The notes below the pieces were generated by a model that was given only the letters and a program-made list of their open reading frames with translations, was not told the origin of the DNA and did not search any database. DNA of 64,000 nt from Halomonas sp. (lineage in GTDB: Bacteria > Pseudomonadota > Gammaproteobacteria > Pseudomonadales > Halomonadaceae): positions 17,785 to 81,784 of the forward strand of contig JAFWFN010000019.1 of assembly GCA_017515565.1 (NCBI GenBank), given 5' to 3'. Both the position numbers and the translations under genes were made by a program. Shown piece by piece: positions 1 to 10,534 of the stretch (positions are counted from its first letter, which is position 1; each line of letters opens with the position of its first letter).

Positions 1-607
1 GCGACGACATTAATTCATGCAAACGGCGTCGATTTGGCAAGCCAGTAAGCGGGTCTTCATAGCCAATACGTCGCAGGTCATGCTCGCGGGCTTTTTGTGC
101 GGAGATATCAATAAATAGGTTAATAAAATGAGTGATATTGCCGCGCTTATCGGTGATCGCCCTGACTTTTAACCACTCAGGATACTCATCGCCGTGCTTA
201 CGACGATTCCACATTTCACCTTCCCAGCGGCCAGTGGCCTTTAAGGTGCTCCAAAAGGCTTGATAAAAGGCTTTGTCGTGACGTGGCGCGGCTAAGGTTT
301 CGAGCTTACGGCCTATCATTTCCTGGCTTTCGTAGCCGGTAATATCGGTAAACGCAGGGTTGACGGCGATTACGCGATTCTCCGCATCGCTAATCACCAT
401 CGCATCGCTTGCCAACCCCATGGCATCTTGAGCGAGACGCAGGCGCAAACGCTGCTGACGCACTTGGCTCCAAGCATCCCATAAGCCCAACGCCACTAAG
501 CATGCCGCGACGATACGCAGCGCAGCATCGGGGATCCACACACAGGCAGGTAGAGCCACCAGCGCCATCCACACTAGCGGTCGATTAAGAGAAACAGGCA
601 GCCACAT
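1..607 (-). CDS. Membrane PAS-GGDEF(-probably EAL) c-di-GMP signalling protein, 5' part only (runs off the window edge; absent from the ORF track)
   Basis: Manual translation from ATG at 607: MWLPVSLNRPLVWMALVALP (hydrophobic)...DAMVISDAENRVIAVNPAFTDITGY...GRWEGEMWNRRKHGDEYPEW (PAS/PAC)...YEDPLTGLPNRR (start of GGDEF). No stop before position 1. Confidence 0.88.
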   Translation of the reverse strand, partial: MWLPVSLNRPLVWMALVALPACVWIPDAALRIVAACLVALGLWDAWSQVRQQRLRLRLAQDAMGLASDAMVISDAENRVIAVNPAFTDITGYESQEMIGRKLETLAAPRHDKAFYQAFWSTLKATGRWEGEMWNRRKHGDEYPEWLKVRAITDKRGNITHFINLFIDISAQKAREHDLRRIGYEDPLTGLPNRRRLHELMSS

Positions 608-763
608 GAAAATTAATCGCTTCCTAATTAATGATCGAAATAGGAGATGAGTAGCAGGCACGCTCACCTTGCCGCTCAGTAAAACGTGCGCGTTGTATAT
701 TACGTCAATAGGACGTTTATTGTGCAAATTCGCTAATTATGAAATAAAACATCTTGTTATCGG

Positions 764-790
764 TTATCGGCCGCTAAACAAAAAGCTGTA
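764..790 (-). promoter_or_regulatory. Putative sigma28 (FliA) promoter for the PAS-GGDEF gene
   Basis: Minus strand TACAGCTT-N11-GCCGATAA versus consensus TAAAGTTT-N11-GCCGATAA: perfect -10, 6/8 at -35, exact spacing, intergenic. Confidence 0.65.
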
Positions 791-881
791 GAAATACACG
801 ATAAGTTGCCTACGACGTGCATTCAGCGGTTTCGAGAAGTAGACTAGGCTTAACAACCATTTTGATACTCGGAACGATTCA

Positions 882-1397
882 GTGACCAAGCAACATTCCT
901 TTGATCGCGAAGAACTGCTGGCCTGCTCGCGTGGCGAGCTCTTCGGCCCCGGAAATGCTCAGCTTCCGGCTCCTAACATGTTGATGCTTGACCGCATCTC
1001 GCACATCCATAAAGAAGGCGGTGAGCACGGCAAGGGCGAGTTGATTGCCGAACTGGACATCACGCCTGACCTGTGGTTTTTTGACTGCCACTTCCCAGGC
1101 GATCCTGTTATGCCTGGCTGTTTGGGTTTGGACGCCATGTGGCAACTCGTAGGCTTCTATCTTGGCTGGCTTGGCCACCCTGGTCGTGGCCGTGCGCTGG
1201 GCTGCGGCGATGTCAAATTCAGCGGCCAAATTCTACCCGACGCGAAAAAAGTGACGTATCACATTAATGTGAAGCGCATTATTACCCGTCGGCTTATTCT
1301 AGGCATCGCCGACGGCACTGTGACCGTTGACGGACGCGATATTTACCAGGCTAATGACCTGCGCGTTGGCCTATTCACCTCCACTGCGAATTTCTAA
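882..1397 (+). CDS. fabA: 3-hydroxyacyl-ACP dehydratase/isomerase FabA
   Basis: [37 protein letters not shown] motifs; 171 aa; GTG start. Confidence 0.97.
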   Translation: MTKQHSFDREELLACSRGELFGPGNAQLPAPNMLMLDRISHIHKEGGEHGKGELIAELDITPDLWFFDCHFPGDPVMPGCLGLDAMWQLVGFYLGWLGHPGRGRALGCGDVKFSGQILPDAKKVTYHINVKRIITRRLILGIADGTVTVDGRDIYQANDLRVGLFTSTANF

Positions 1398-1409
1398 CAG
1401 GAGGCTCCC

Positions 1410-2627
1410 ATGCGACGAGTGGTAGTCACCGGCCTTGGCATCGTGTCGTGTTTAGGCAACGACCAGCAACAGGTCTTAGACGCGCTCAAAAACGGGCGCA
1501 GCGGTATTCGTTTCAAGGAAGAGTACGCCGAACGCGGCTTTCGTAGCCATGTAGCGGGCAGCGTCGACATCGACCTTGATACTCTTATTGACCGCAAACT
1601 GCGCCGTTTTATGGGCGATGCAGCAGCTTATGCGTATGTTTCCATGGCCCAGGCCATTGAAGATGCAGGGCTAACAGAAGAGCAGGTATCCAACGAGCGC
1701 ACCGGTCTTATTGCTGGCTCTGGCGGCGCTTCTAGCGCCAACCAGGTAGAAGCCGCAGACGTCATGCGTGAAAAAGGCCTGCGCCGGGTTGGCCCTTACC
1801 GTGTTACCCGCACCATGGGCAGCACGGTATCCGCTTGCTTGGCAACGCCGTTTAAAATTAAAGGCGTTAATTACTCGATCTCTTCCGCCTGTGCGACCTC
1901 TGCCCACTGTATCGGCAGCGCCATGGAACAAATCCAGCTGGGCAAGCAGGACGTTGTGTTTGCGGGTGGTGGCGAAGAAGAGCACTGGACACTCTCCTGC
2001 TTATTCGACGCTATGGGCGCTCTTTCCACCCAATACAACGATACCCCGGAGAAGGCCTCGCGCCCTTATGACCAGGCTCGCGATGGCTTCGTCATTGCAG
2101 GCGGCGGCGGCATGCTGGTGCTTGAGGAGTTAGAGCACGCCAAAGCACGTGGTGCCAAAATTTACGGCGAGCTGGTGGGCTATGGCGCGACGTCCGACGG
2201 CCACGACATGGTGGCACCGTCAGGCGAAGGCGCTATGCGCTGTATGCGCCAGGCGATGGCAACCGTGTCGGGTGATATTGATTACATCAATACCCACGGC
2301 ACCTCAACGCCCGTTGGCGATGTAGCCGAGCTCAAAGCAATCCGCGAGGTGTTTGGCAATTCAACCCCCGCCATGAGTTCAACGAAATCACTCACCGGAC
2401 ACTCGCTAGGGGCTACGGGCGTTCAGGAAGCGATCTACTCGCTACTGATGATGCAGCATAGCTTTGTAACCGCTTCTGCCAACATTGAGCATCTAGATGA
2501 GCAGGCTGACGGCTTTGATATCGTTACCCAGCGTCGTGATGACGTCACCATTGAGCGCGTGCTTTCCAATAGCTTTGGTTTTGGCGGCACCAACGCTTGC
2601 TTGGTTTTCCAGCGCTTTAACGATTGA
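1410..2627 (+). CDS. fabB: Beta-ketoacyl-ACP synthase I
   Basis: [14 protein letters not shown] (catalytic Cys), [26 protein letters not shown]; follows fabA. Confidence 0.97.
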   Translation: MRRVVVTGLGIVSCLGNDQQQVLDALKNGRSGIRFKEEYAERGFRSHVAGSVDIDLDTLIDRKLRRFMGDAAAYAYVSMAQAIEDAGLTEEQVSNERTGLIAGSGGASSANQVEAADVMREKGLRRVGPYRVTRTMGSTVSACLATPFKIKGVNYSISSACATSAHCIGSAMEQIQLGKQDVVFAGGGEEEHWTLSCLFDAMGALSTQYNDTPEKASRPYDQARDGFVIAGGGGMLVLEELEHAKARGAKIYGELVGYGATSDGHDMVAPSGEGAMRCMRQAMATVSGDIDYINTHGTSTPVGDVAELKAIREVFGNSTPAMSSTKSLTGHSLGATGVQEAIYSLLMMQHSFVTASANIEHLDEQADGFDIVTQRRDDVTIERVLSNSFGFGGTNACLVFQRFND

Positions 2628-2660
2628 GATAAGCGAGATACGTCAGTCGACGCAGGAATA

Positions 2661-2696
2661 AAACATTAATGGCGCCACTCGGCGCCGTTAATGTTT
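2661..2696. terminator. Hairpin between convergent fabB and plsC, likely bidirectional terminator
   Basis: AAACATTAATGGCGCC-ACTC-GGCGCCGTTAATGTTT, 16-bp inverted repeat with one G-T pair. Confidence 0.75.
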
Positions 2697-2733
2697 ACCC
2701 GCTAGGCAATGAAAAGCAGCGAGGTGCACTAAG

Positions 2734-3468
2734 CTAACGAGAAGTGGGCCTTGGCACGTCAGAAATCTCCTGCAACTGCCCTTCAATCCACGCCTCTACA
2801 TCAACTAACACCTCATCTGGGGTGCGCCCTGCGGTTTCAATCGGCTTACCAATTCGCACCCGCAGCACCCCGGGCTGCTTCACCCAGTTACGCCCCGGCC
2901 AACGTTCGCCGGCGTTATGCGCCACCGGCAACACCGGCACTCCCGCGCGACACGCCACCACGCTACCGCTTTTGTTGTAGCGCCTGCGGATACCGGGATC
3001 AACGCGGGTGCCTTCCGGAAAAATTAGCACCGAAAGCCCGGTACCTAAACGCGCTACGCCTTGGGTCAGCACCTGCTTCATGGCTCTGGCGGGCTTTGAA
3101 CGGTCTAAACTAATGGGCCGCAGCAGCCTTAACCCCCAACCAAACACCGGTATTTTCAATAGCTCCTGCTTAAGCACCGTGCACACCGGCGGCTTCATCA
3201 CCTGCAGAAATACCGTTTCCCACTCGCACTGGTGATTGGCCTGTATAACGCAGGGCCCCTCGGGAATATTCTCACGACCCTGGATGTCATAGCGCACGCC
3301 GCAGGCGATTTTGAACCACACCATCAAAAAATAGTTATAAAGGTTGAGCAAGCGATAGCGGGCAGCGAGCGGCAGGAAAGGTGCTATAGGCAAAAACAGC
3401 ACACCAATCACCAGCATGGCGGAGAAGTAACCCAAGTAAAACAATAGGCTGCGAACCACATTGATCAA
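2734..3468 (-). CDS. plsC: 1-acyl-sn-glycerol-3-phosphate acyltransferase (PlsC family)
   Basis: ANHQCEWE (HxxxxD/E), LIFPEGTR, PVLPVA acyltransferase motifs. Confidence 0.88.
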   Translation of the reverse strand: MINVVRSLLFYLGYFSAMLVIGVLFLPIAPFLPLAARYRLLNLYNYFLMVWFKIACGVRYDIQGRENIPEGPCVIQANHQCEWETVFLQVMKPPVCTVLKQELLKIPVFGWGLRLLRPISLDRSKPARAMKQVLTQGVARLGTGLSVLIFPEGTRVDPGIRRRYNKSGSVVACRAGVPVLPVAHNAGERWPGRNWVKQPGVLRVRIGKPIETAGRTPDEVLVDVEAWIEGQLQEISDVPRPTSR

Positions 3469-4355
3469 GCCGTCTCTCCTGTTTCAGCGTCACTCTGCTG
3501 GTCACGTGTTAAACACCACGCATCCAACATGCGACTTACTTCAAGGCGCCACGGCTTTTGATGCACACCAAACACATCCAATACACGGCGGCAGTTTAAA
3601 ACTCGACGCAGCTTGGCATCATGGTGGTGGTTTAACGCCTGCACATCACCAAGGATGATCGACTCGCCACGCCCCTCTAAGTGGGTGGCTAACTGCGTTC
3701 GCACCATGGACGTAAATGTAAAGGCGCTAACAGGCTCTGTGCCTGCCAAATGGTAGGCCCCCCAGGCATCGGCGCCACAGGCCTGCTGCTGCAGTATGCC
3801 CATTAAGGCCATGGCCACTGCATCCGCCGAGGTGGGGCAAAAGATAACATCCTCAGCCGCGCGAACATTTTGCCCCATAATAAGGCTGTCGATAATTTCG
3901 CTTAGCCACGCAAGACTACCTTCAAGGGCGAACAACGGCCCTAGCCGCACAATCAAATGGCGGTGATACTGCGCCCGAATACGGTCGCCGGTTTCTACTA
4001 GTCGCCGTAAGCACTCATCCCGCGGGGCGGGTACGACGTGTTCATCAATCGGTACATCAAAACCATCTTCGTAAAGTTGGTCGGAAACGCACCATACCAG
4101 CGCAACCTCCTGGGTTTGGCAGGCCTCCAGGCAGGTGTCCACCGCATCTGCATGAGCCTTAACCGCCGCTGGCGTCATGCTTAGCGGATGCGCCAGCGGC
4201 GGTATGATTACCGCATCAGGCGCAATTGCCTGTAATTGCGCCGCCGTTACCGTCGTGCCTTGTTCGATAACAAGCGCCGCGTCGGTGCGACGGCTCGCCT
4301 CGCGGGCCAATGCCAAGCTTAGGCAGTGCCCGGCATCTAATATCAGCAGCTTCAC
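3465..4355 (-). CDS. RmlD-like (dTDP-4-dehydrorhamnose reductase fold) sugar-nucleotide-binding protein, degenerate
   Basis: CVSDQLYEDG...IDEH..P, HLIVRLGPLF, DVIFCPTSADAVA, GAYHLAG, KPWRLEV resemble RmlD, but no GxxGxxG or YxxxK is visible. Confidence 0.7.
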   Translation of the reverse strand: MKLLILDAGHCLSLALAREASRRTDAALVIEQGTTVTAAQLQAIAPDAVIIPPLAHPLSMTPAAVKAHADAVDTCLEACQTQEVALVWCVSDQLYEDGFDVPIDEHVVPAPRDECLRRLVETGDRIRAQYHRHLIVRLGPLFALEGSLAWLSEIIDSLIMGQNVRAAEDVIFCPTSADAVAMALMGILQQQACGADAWGAYHLAGTEPVSAFTFTSMVRTQLATHLEGRGESIILGDVQALNHHHDAKLRRVLNCRRVLDVFGVHQKPWRLEVSRMLDAWCLTRDQQSDAETGETA

Positions 4356-4402
4356 GGCAGACCCTCTTTCTCAACCCAAGAACGTACTAGTAACTTACCA
4401 GC

Positions 4403-5086
4403 TTAAAATGGGATTTCGTCGTCAAAATCATCGAAGTTACCTGGATCAGGCGCGCCGTAGTTGCTGTTCTGGTTGGCGGGGGCAGGCTGGTTTTGCTGCG
4501 GAGCAGGCTGTGGGCTACGCTGGGCGCCGCCCTGCTGTGGGTAACCACCCGGCTGCTGTGGCGCGTTTTGAGCAGGCGGCGTCTGCCCTGGGTTGCCTTG
4601 CCCATAGCTGTTTTGCGCAGGGGCATGTTGGGCCGGGGCGTTTTGGGGCTGCCCACCCTGTGCGGTGTTGCCCTGGGCATAGTTATTCTGGGCATTATTC
4701 CCTTGAGAGTAATTACCCTGCGGCGCGCCGCCGCCTTGGAAGTCGCCACTGCGGCCATCAAGCATCTGCATGTCATTGGCAACAATTTCAGTGCTGTAAC
4801 GATCCTGACCATTCTGGTCTTGCCACTTACGGGTTTGCAGGCGGCCTTCAATGTAGACCTTGGCGCCTTTTTTCAAATACTGCTGGGCAATCTCGGCTGT
4901 TTTATTGAACAGCACAATGCGGTGCCATTCGGTACGCTCTTGTCGCTGACCACTCTGACGGTCCATCCAGGTGTCGGAGGTCGCAAGGTTCAAGTTAGCC
5001 ACCGCGGTGCCCGAGGGGGTAAAACGTACTTCCGGGTCTTGCCCCAGGTTGCCAATCAAGATGACTTTGTTAATTCCGCGCGCCAT
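4403..5086 (-). CDS. ssb: Single-stranded DNA-binding protein
   Basis: [23 protein letters not shown] fold; C-terminal DDFDDEIPF. Start moved to ATG 5086, which follows an AAGGAG RBS. Confidence 0.98.
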   Translation of the reverse strand: MARGINKVILIGNLGQDPEVRFTPSGTAVANLNLATSDTWMDRQSGQRQERTEWHRIVLFNKTAEIAQQYLKKGAKVYIEGRLQTRKWQDQNGQDRYSTEIVANDMQMLDGRSGDFQGGGAPQGNYSQGNNAQNNYAQGNTAQGGQPQNAPAQHAPAQNSYGQGNPGQTPPAQNAPQQPGGYPQQGGAQRSPQPAPQQNQPAPANQNSNYGAPDPGNFDDFDDEIPF

Positions 5087-5188
5087 AGCTCGCTCCTTTA
5101 ATAATCGGTCATAAAAATAATCAACCAACGATACGACGGCATCATCGGCTTCTCTGCCTGCTGCCCCGAGTTGAGCAGCTTAGCAGGG

Positions 5189-6568
5189 TTAAGTCTTAGG
5201 CGGCGAAATCAGCTTTGTTAAGGCCGCCCGGTCAAGCTGCTGACGATTCACTTTTAGGTACATAAGGCGTTCTTCAGGCACCACCATCACATCTTCAACC
5301 CCCACGACGTCGGCTAAATGCTCCATTAAGAGGTCTAACGCATCGGGCTGTGTGTCGTGTAGCGCAACGACCTCGCTGGATAACGGCGGCGGCGATGGCA
5401 TACGCAGCATGGCCAACCACCATAACAGTGCCAAACACGCGCAGCCGATAAACACCGCATTAAGGCCCCAGTTATGCGCCAACACTCCGCCAAGCGTGCC
5501 ACCTAAGAATGCCCCTAAAAACTGGCTGGTGGAGTACACCCCCATCGCAGTGCCTTTAGCACCGGCAGGCGCTAGCTTACTGAGCATCGAAGGCAGCGTC
5601 GCTTCCAGCAAATTAAAGCCGGTAAAGAACACAAACAGCCACACAAATAGCCAGTGCCCCTGAGAGAGCGTTAACCCCAAGCTAGCCAAACTAACCACAA
5701 TAGCGCCGATGGCGAGCAGGCACATCAGCTTCATCTGCTGGCACTTCTCAGCCACAATCACCAGCGGCACCATGGCCACAAAAGAGAGCGCCATGACCAC
5801 CAAGTAGGCCAAACCGTGGTATTCAACCGCCACCCCGGCACTGAGTAGCCGAAACGGAATTGCCACAAAAATGGCCATCAGCACCAGGTGCAGGGCAAAA
5901 ATGGATACATCTAAGCGCCATAGGTCAGGGCGGGTAATGACGCTTTTCAACTGCTGACGATCCATGCCTACGTCGCGGTGACGCAGACGCCGCGGCGCGG
6001 GTGGCACCCAGCGCCAAAGCACTAACAAGCTCACTAAGGTCAGTAGGGCCGTAAACCAAAACACCGCCGACAACCCTGCCCAAGCCGCGAGCAAAGGCCC
6101 TATTACCATGGCGATCGCAAACGACACGCCAATCGATAAACCAATGGTGGCCATCGCTACGGTGCGCACCTGTTCCCGCGTTTGGTCAGCAAGAAGTGCC
6201 ATTATCGCCGCCGCTATTGCCCCGCTGCCCTGCAGCGCACGGCCAAAAATAACCCCCCAAATGGTGTCCGCCAGAGCCGCTACAACGCTACCTAGCGCAA
6301 AAATGACTAACCCCATGGCAATAACACGCTTACGGCCAATGCGGTCAGAGAGCAGACCAAACGGTATTTGCAGTGTCGCTTGGGTTAATCCATAAATACC
6401 CAAGGCCACGCCTATTAATAGCGGTGTCGACCCTGTAAGTGTATCGGCATACAGCGCCAACACCGGCAACACCATGAAAAGCCCCAACATACGAGACGCA
6501 TAGAGGCCAGCCAAGCCGCTGATTGCACGGCGTTCAGTGGCCATCAGCAGTGCAGAAACCTTGCGCAT
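5189..6568 (-). CDS. MFS transporter (YajR-like)
   Basis: About 12 hydrophobic segments; FGLLSDRIGRKRV motif A; C-terminal small domain with YLKV. Start uncertain (6568 or 6544). Confidence 0.88.
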   Translation of the reverse strand: MRKVSALLMATERRAISGLAGLYASRMLGLFMVLPVLALYADTLTGSTPLLIGVALGIYGLTQATLQIPFGLLSDRIGRKRVIAMGLVIFALGSVVAALADTIWGVIFGRALQGSGAIAAAIMALLADQTREQVRTVAMATIGLSIGVSFAIAMVIGPLLAAWAGLSAVFWFTALLTLVSLLVLWRWVPPAPRRLRHRDVGMDRQQLKSVITRPDLWRLDVSIFALHLVLMAIFVAIPFRLLSAGVAVEYHGLAYLVVMALSFVAMVPLVIVAEKCQQMKLMCLLAIGAIVVSLASLGLTLSQGHWLFVWLFVFFTGFNLLEATLPSMLSKLAPAGAKGTAMGVYSTSQFLGAFLGGTLGGVLAHNWGLNAVFIGCACLALLWWLAMLRMPSPPPLSSEVVALHDTQPDALDLLMEHLADVVGVEDVMVVPEERLMYLKVNRQQLDRAALTKLISPPKT

Positions 6569-6678
6569 AATGCCCTTGTGTATGGTGGATGGGCCGAACG
6601 GCCTAAGATAACCGCCCATTCTAGCGCTTTGTACCCAGGCTGGAAACGTCCAGTGCCGCCGTTTCGCTGCAGGCAGTT

Positions 6679-6708
6679 TTGCCGGGAGGGGTACAGGAAA
6701 CGTATAAT
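6679..6708 (+). promoter_or_regulatory. Putative sigma70 promoter of uvrA
   Basis: TTGCCG-N18-TATAAT about 30 bp upstream of the uvrA start. Confidence 0.5.
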
Positions 6709-6738
6709 CGCGCTTTTGCCACGCGATTCGAGGTGTTG

Positions 6739-9588
6739 ATGGACAGCATTCTGGTCAGGGGTGCCCGCACCCACAACCTCAAGCAGATCGATGTGGAGCT
6801 GCCACGCGATAAACTGATTGTTATTACAGGACTTTCAGGCTCAGGCAAATCATCGCTAGCGTTTGACACGCTCTACGCCGAAGGGCAGCGCCGCTATGTG
6901 GAGTCTCTCTCTACCTACGCGCGCCAGTTTCTTTCGATGATGGAAAAGCCCGATGTAGACCACATTGAAGGGTTATCGCCTGCGATTTCCATTGAACAGA
7001 AGTCCACCTCCCACAATCCTCGCTCCACCGTTGGCACTATTACTGAGATTTACGATTACCTGCGCCTAATGTTTGCCCGCGCCGGTACGCCGCGCTGCCC
7101 GGAACACGGTGAAGACCTTGAGGCGCAAACGATTTCGCAAATGGTCGACCAGGTAATGAACCTGGCCGAAGGCACCAAGCTGATGCTATTGGCGCCGGTG
7201 GTGAAGGGCCGCAAAGGGGAACACCTGCAGCTGTTGGCCGAGCTTCGCGCCCAAGGCTTTGTGCGCGTGCAAATTGACGGCCAGGTGCTTGAATTAGACG
7301 ACATTGCGCCGCTGGATAAACGCAAGAAGCACGATATCAGCGTCGTCGTTGACCGCTTTAAAGTGCGCGACGACATCGCCCAGCGTTTGGCCGAGTCATT
7401 TGAAACCGCAATCAGCCTCGCCGATGGCACGGCAATGATTCACTTTATGGATGGCGAGCAAGAAGATCTCGCCTTTTCATCGCGCTTTGCCTGCCCGGTG
7501 TGCGGCTACTCGCTCTCTGAGCTTGAGCCGCGCATGTTCTCGTTTAACAACCCCGCGGGCGCCTGCCCTACCTGTGACGGACTAGGCGTGCAGCAATATT
7601 TTGATCCTGAAAAGCTGATCAGCCACCCGGAACTTTCGCTGGCCGAAGGCGTAATTAAAGGCTGGGACCGGCGCAACATTTACTACTTTACCCAGTTACA
7701 GGCGCTGGCCAATCACTACCGGTTTGAGTTGGAAACGCCCTGGAGCGAGCTTGCCCGCCACGAGCGGGAGATTATCCTCAACGGCAGTGGTGACGAACAA
7801 ATTCCGTTCACCTATGTGGGCGACCGTGGCCGCAAGGTAACCCGCGAACACGCTTTTGAGGGCGTGTTGCCTAATATGCAGCGCCGCTACCGGGAAACCG
7901 AATCCAACATGGTGCGCGACGACCTAGCCAAGTATATCGCCGTGCAGCCCTGTGCCACCTGCAGCGGTTCGCGGCTGCGCAAAGAGTCCCGCCACGTTTA
8001 TGTCGATGACCAAAATATCGCTGATATTGTGCGCCTGCCCATTGGCGATGCGTGGCGCTACTTTGCAGATCTAAGCCTACCGGGCCGCAAAGGCGAAATT
8101 GCCGATAAAATCGTCAGTGAAATCCATGCCCGCCTGGAATTTTTGGTCAACGTGGGGCTTGATTATCTGAACCTTGAGCGCAGTGCCGATACACTCTCCG
8201 GCGGTGAAGCCCAGCGAATTCGTTTGGCCAGCCAAATTGGCGCGGGGCTGGTCGGCGTGATGTACATTTTGGATGAGCCTTCCATCGGCCTTCACCAGCG
8301 TGACAACGACCGCCTGCTGAAAACCCTGGAGAGGCTGCGGGACTTAGGCAATACAGTGATCGTTGTGGAGCACGACGAAGATGCCATCCGGGCCGCTGAC
8401 CACGTGCTGGATATCGGCCCTGGTGCCGGTGTCCACGGCGGTGAAATCGTCGCCCAGGGCACGCCCCAAGACGTTATGGACAACCCCAACTCGCTCACCG
8501 GCCAGTACCTTTCAGGCACGCGGGAAATCGCCGTGCCGCCCTACCGAATTCCCGGCAACCCGGAAAAGCAGCTGGTGCTGCGCGGTGCTACGGGCAACAA
8601 CTTGCAAGACGTCACTTTAAGCCTCCCGCTGGGGCTGTTTATCGCCATTACGGGCGTTTCCGGCTCGGGTAAATCCACCCTGATCAACGGCACGCTGATG
8701 CCGATTGCGGCCCGGGAATTAAATCGCGCGACCACGCTGACCGCTGCACCTTATGAGAAAATTGAAGGGCTGGATCAGCTTGATAAAGTGATCGATATTG
8801 ATCAAAGCCCGATTGGCCGTACGCCACGCTCTAACCCCGCGACGTACACCGGGATTTTCACCCCTATTCGTGAGCTGTTTGCGGGCACTCAGGAAGCGCG
8901 TTCACGGGGCTATAAGCCGGGCCGTTTTAGCTTTAACGTGAAAGGTGGACGCTGCGAAGCCTGCCAGGGCGAAGGCATGATCAAGGTAGAGATGCACTTT
9001 CTGCCGGATATTTACGTGCCCTGCGACGTGTGTAAGGGCAAGCGTTACAACCGCGAAACGCTCGATATCCATTACAAAGGCAAAACCATCCATGAAGTCC
9101 TAAACATGACGGTGGAAGACGCCTTAGCGTTCTTCAGCCCAGTACCCGCTATTGCCCGCCGCTTACAAACCCTTCTGGATGTAGGTCTTTCCTATATTCG
9201 CTTGGGGCAAAGCGCTACCACCCTATCCGGCGGTGAAGCCCAGCGCGTTAAGCTGGCTCGGGAGCTGGCTAAGCGTGATACCGGTAAAACGCTGTATATT
9301 TTAGATGAGCCCACTACTGGTCTGCACTTTGAAGATATTCGCCAACTGCTGACCGTGCTCCATCGTCTGCGCGATCACGGCAATACCATTGTGGTGATTG
9401 AGCACAATCTAGACGTTATCAAAACCGCTGACTGGATTATCGACCTGGGGCCTGAAGGCGGCTCTGGCGGTGGAAAAATCATTGCCAAAGGCACCCCCGA
9501 ACAGATCGCCAAACAGAAGGTTTCTCACACAGGGCGCTTCTTGGCCCCGCTACTGGCCCGGGGTAAACGCAACGCTAAACCCGCCTAA
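6739..9588 (+). CDS. uvrA: Excinuclease ABC subunit A
   Basis: [15 protein letters not shown], two Walker A ([18 protein letters not shown]), two LSGGEAQR signatures, zinc-finger CxxC pairs. Start taken at ATG 6739 (GAGG RBS). Confidence 0.99.
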   Translation: MDSILVRGARTHNLKQIDVELPRDKLIVITGLSGSGKSSLAFDTLYAEGQRRYVESLSTYARQFLSMMEKPDVDHIEGLSPAISIEQKSTSHNPRSTVGTITEIYDYLRLMFARAGTPRCPEHGEDLEAQTISQMVDQVMNLAEGTKLMLLAPVVKGRKGEHLQLLAELRAQGFVRVQIDGQVLELDDIAPLDKRKKHDISVVVDRFKVRDDIAQRLAESFETAISLADGTAMIHFMDGEQEDLAFSSRFACPVCGYSLSELEPRMFSFNNPAGACPTCDGLGVQQYFDPEKLISHPELSLAEGVIKGWDRRNIYYFTQLQALANHYRFELETPWSELARHEREIILNGSGDEQIPFTYVGDRGRKVTREHAFEGVLPNMQRRYRETESNMVRDDLAKYIAVQPCATCSGSRLRKESRHVYVDDQNIADIVRLPIGDAWRYFADLSLPGRKGEIADKIVSEIHARLEFLVNVGLDYLNLERSADTLSGGEAQRIRLASQIGAGLVGVMYILDEPSIGLHQRDNDRLLKTLERLRDLGNTVIVVEHDEDAIRAADHVLDIGPGAGVHGGEIVAQGTPQDVMDNPNSLTGQYLSGTREIAVPPYRIPGNPEKQLVLRGATGNNLQDVTLSLPLGLFIAITGVSGSGKSTLINGTLMPIAARELNRATTLTAAPYEKIEGLDQLDKVIDIDQSPIGRTPRSNPATYTGIFTPIRELFAGTQEARSRGYKPGRFSFNVKGGRCEACQGEGMIKVEMHFLPDIYVPCDVCKGKRYNRETLDIHYKGKTIHEVLNMTVEDALAFFSPVPAIARRLQTLLDVGLSYIRLGQSATTLSGGEAQRVKLARELAKRDTGKTLYILDEPTTGLHFEDIRQLLTVLHRLRDHGNTIVVIEHNLDVIKTADWIIDLGPEGGSGGGKIIAKGTPEQIAKQKVSHTGRFLAPLLARGKRNAKPA

Positions 9589-9727
9589 CCCCGAATCAGG
9601 GCACGCCATCGCTTGCCCTGCCAACGTTTAAGCCAGCCAAAAGGGCGAGCAACATTGCCGCGTTATGTTTATATTATTTAGCACGTAACGTAACAGTGGC
9701 GGTTAACGCTTGAGGAGAACGTAAGCT

Positions 9728-10471
9728 GTGGATGAGGATAAAAGCTGTATTATTCGCCACTTTAGTCACTACTGCTCGCTGACTGAAGAGGAAAAACAGT
9801 TACTGGACTCTTTAGAACAGAGCCCGACCACGGTCAAGGCTGGTGCCCTGCTTTGGGAAGCCGGTGCTACGGCAGATGAGTTCTGCACGATTAGAAGCGG
9901 CTGGGCCTACTCCTTCCGCCAGCTTGAGAACGGTGACCGGCAGATATTAGAAGTCTTTCTGCCTGGCGATATTATTGGCCTGCGTGAATTTGCTTTTTCA
10001 CAGCGACTGGACAGTGTCCGTATGATTACGGACTGCGAGGTCTGCCACTTCCCCCATAGGCGCATGCTTGAAATATTCCGCCAGTCGCTAACCTTGACCT
10101 CGGTGCTTTTCGCCATCAGCAGTCGTCAGCAGGCGCTATTGATCGAGCGGCTAATCAACTTAGCTAGGCGTACCGCCAGGCAAAAAATGGCGCACTTTCT
10201 CCACGAAATGTATATCCGCCTGCGCCAAACCAACCGTGATATTGGCGGTCAGTTTCGCTTACCTCTTTCACAGGAGCAGCTCGCGGATGTTTTGGGGCTG
10301 AGCCCCGTACATGTTAGCCGTACCTTTAGTGCATTAAGTGAAGAGGGGCTGGTTTTCCGAGACCGCCACCATGTCACCATCCCCGACCTGGATGCCCTGG
10401 CCACTGAAGGCGAGTTTGACGACTGCTACTTAACCGATAGCGTTAAGCCACTGCTTGAACAGTCCGCATAA
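9728..10471 (+). CDS. Crp/Fnr-family transcription regulator
   Basis: cNMP-binding beta-barrel (GDRQILEVFLPGDIIG), then C-terminal HTH LSQEQLADVLGLSPVHVSRTF; GAGGAG RBS. Confidence 0.92.
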   Translation: MDEDKSCIIRHFSHYCSLTEEEKQLLDSLEQSPTTVKAGALLWEAGATADEFCTIRSGWAYSFRQLENGDRQILEVFLPGDIIGLREFAFSQRLDSVRMITDCEVCHFPHRRMLEIFRQSLTLTSVLFAISSRQQALLIERLINLARRTARQKMAHFLHEMYIRLRQTNRDIGGQFRLPLSQEQLADVLGLSPVHVSRTFSALSEEGLVFRDRHHVTIPDLDALATEGEFDDCYLTDSVKPLLEQSA

Positions 10472-10503
10472 AAAAAAGCCGCGCGCCTAAGGCACGCGGT
10501 TTG
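10470..10503 (-). terminator. Rho-independent terminator of the nrdJ operon (possibly bidirectional)
   Basis: Minus strand ACCGCGTGCC-TTA-GGCGCGCGGC followed by a T8 run. Confidence 0.8.
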
Positions 10504-10534
10504 TTAGTTGCCTATTTTTAATTACCCACCTTTG

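Noticed and set aside
390-572. 60-aa ORF in the track
   Set aside because: Out-of-frame shadow of the real PAS-GGDEF gene on the same strand (1-607).
608-881. FabR/DesT-type operator upstream of fabA
   Set aside because: No convincing AGCGTACA-N2-TGTTCGCT or AGTGAAC-N4-GTTCACT-like palindrome found by eye.
4177-5101. Long alternative-frame ORFs over ssb (243, 154 and 202 aa)
   Set aside because: Explained by the low-complexity, GC-rich ssb linker; no motifs or RBS.
6545-6738. LexA SOS box between the MFS gene and uvrA
   Set aside because: Closest match CTGGAAACGTCCAG is CTG-N8-CAG, not the required CTG-N10-CAG.
9597-9620. Hairpin CAGGGCA-N10-TGCCCTG after uvrA
   Set aside because: Large loop and no U-tract; too weak to call a terminator.
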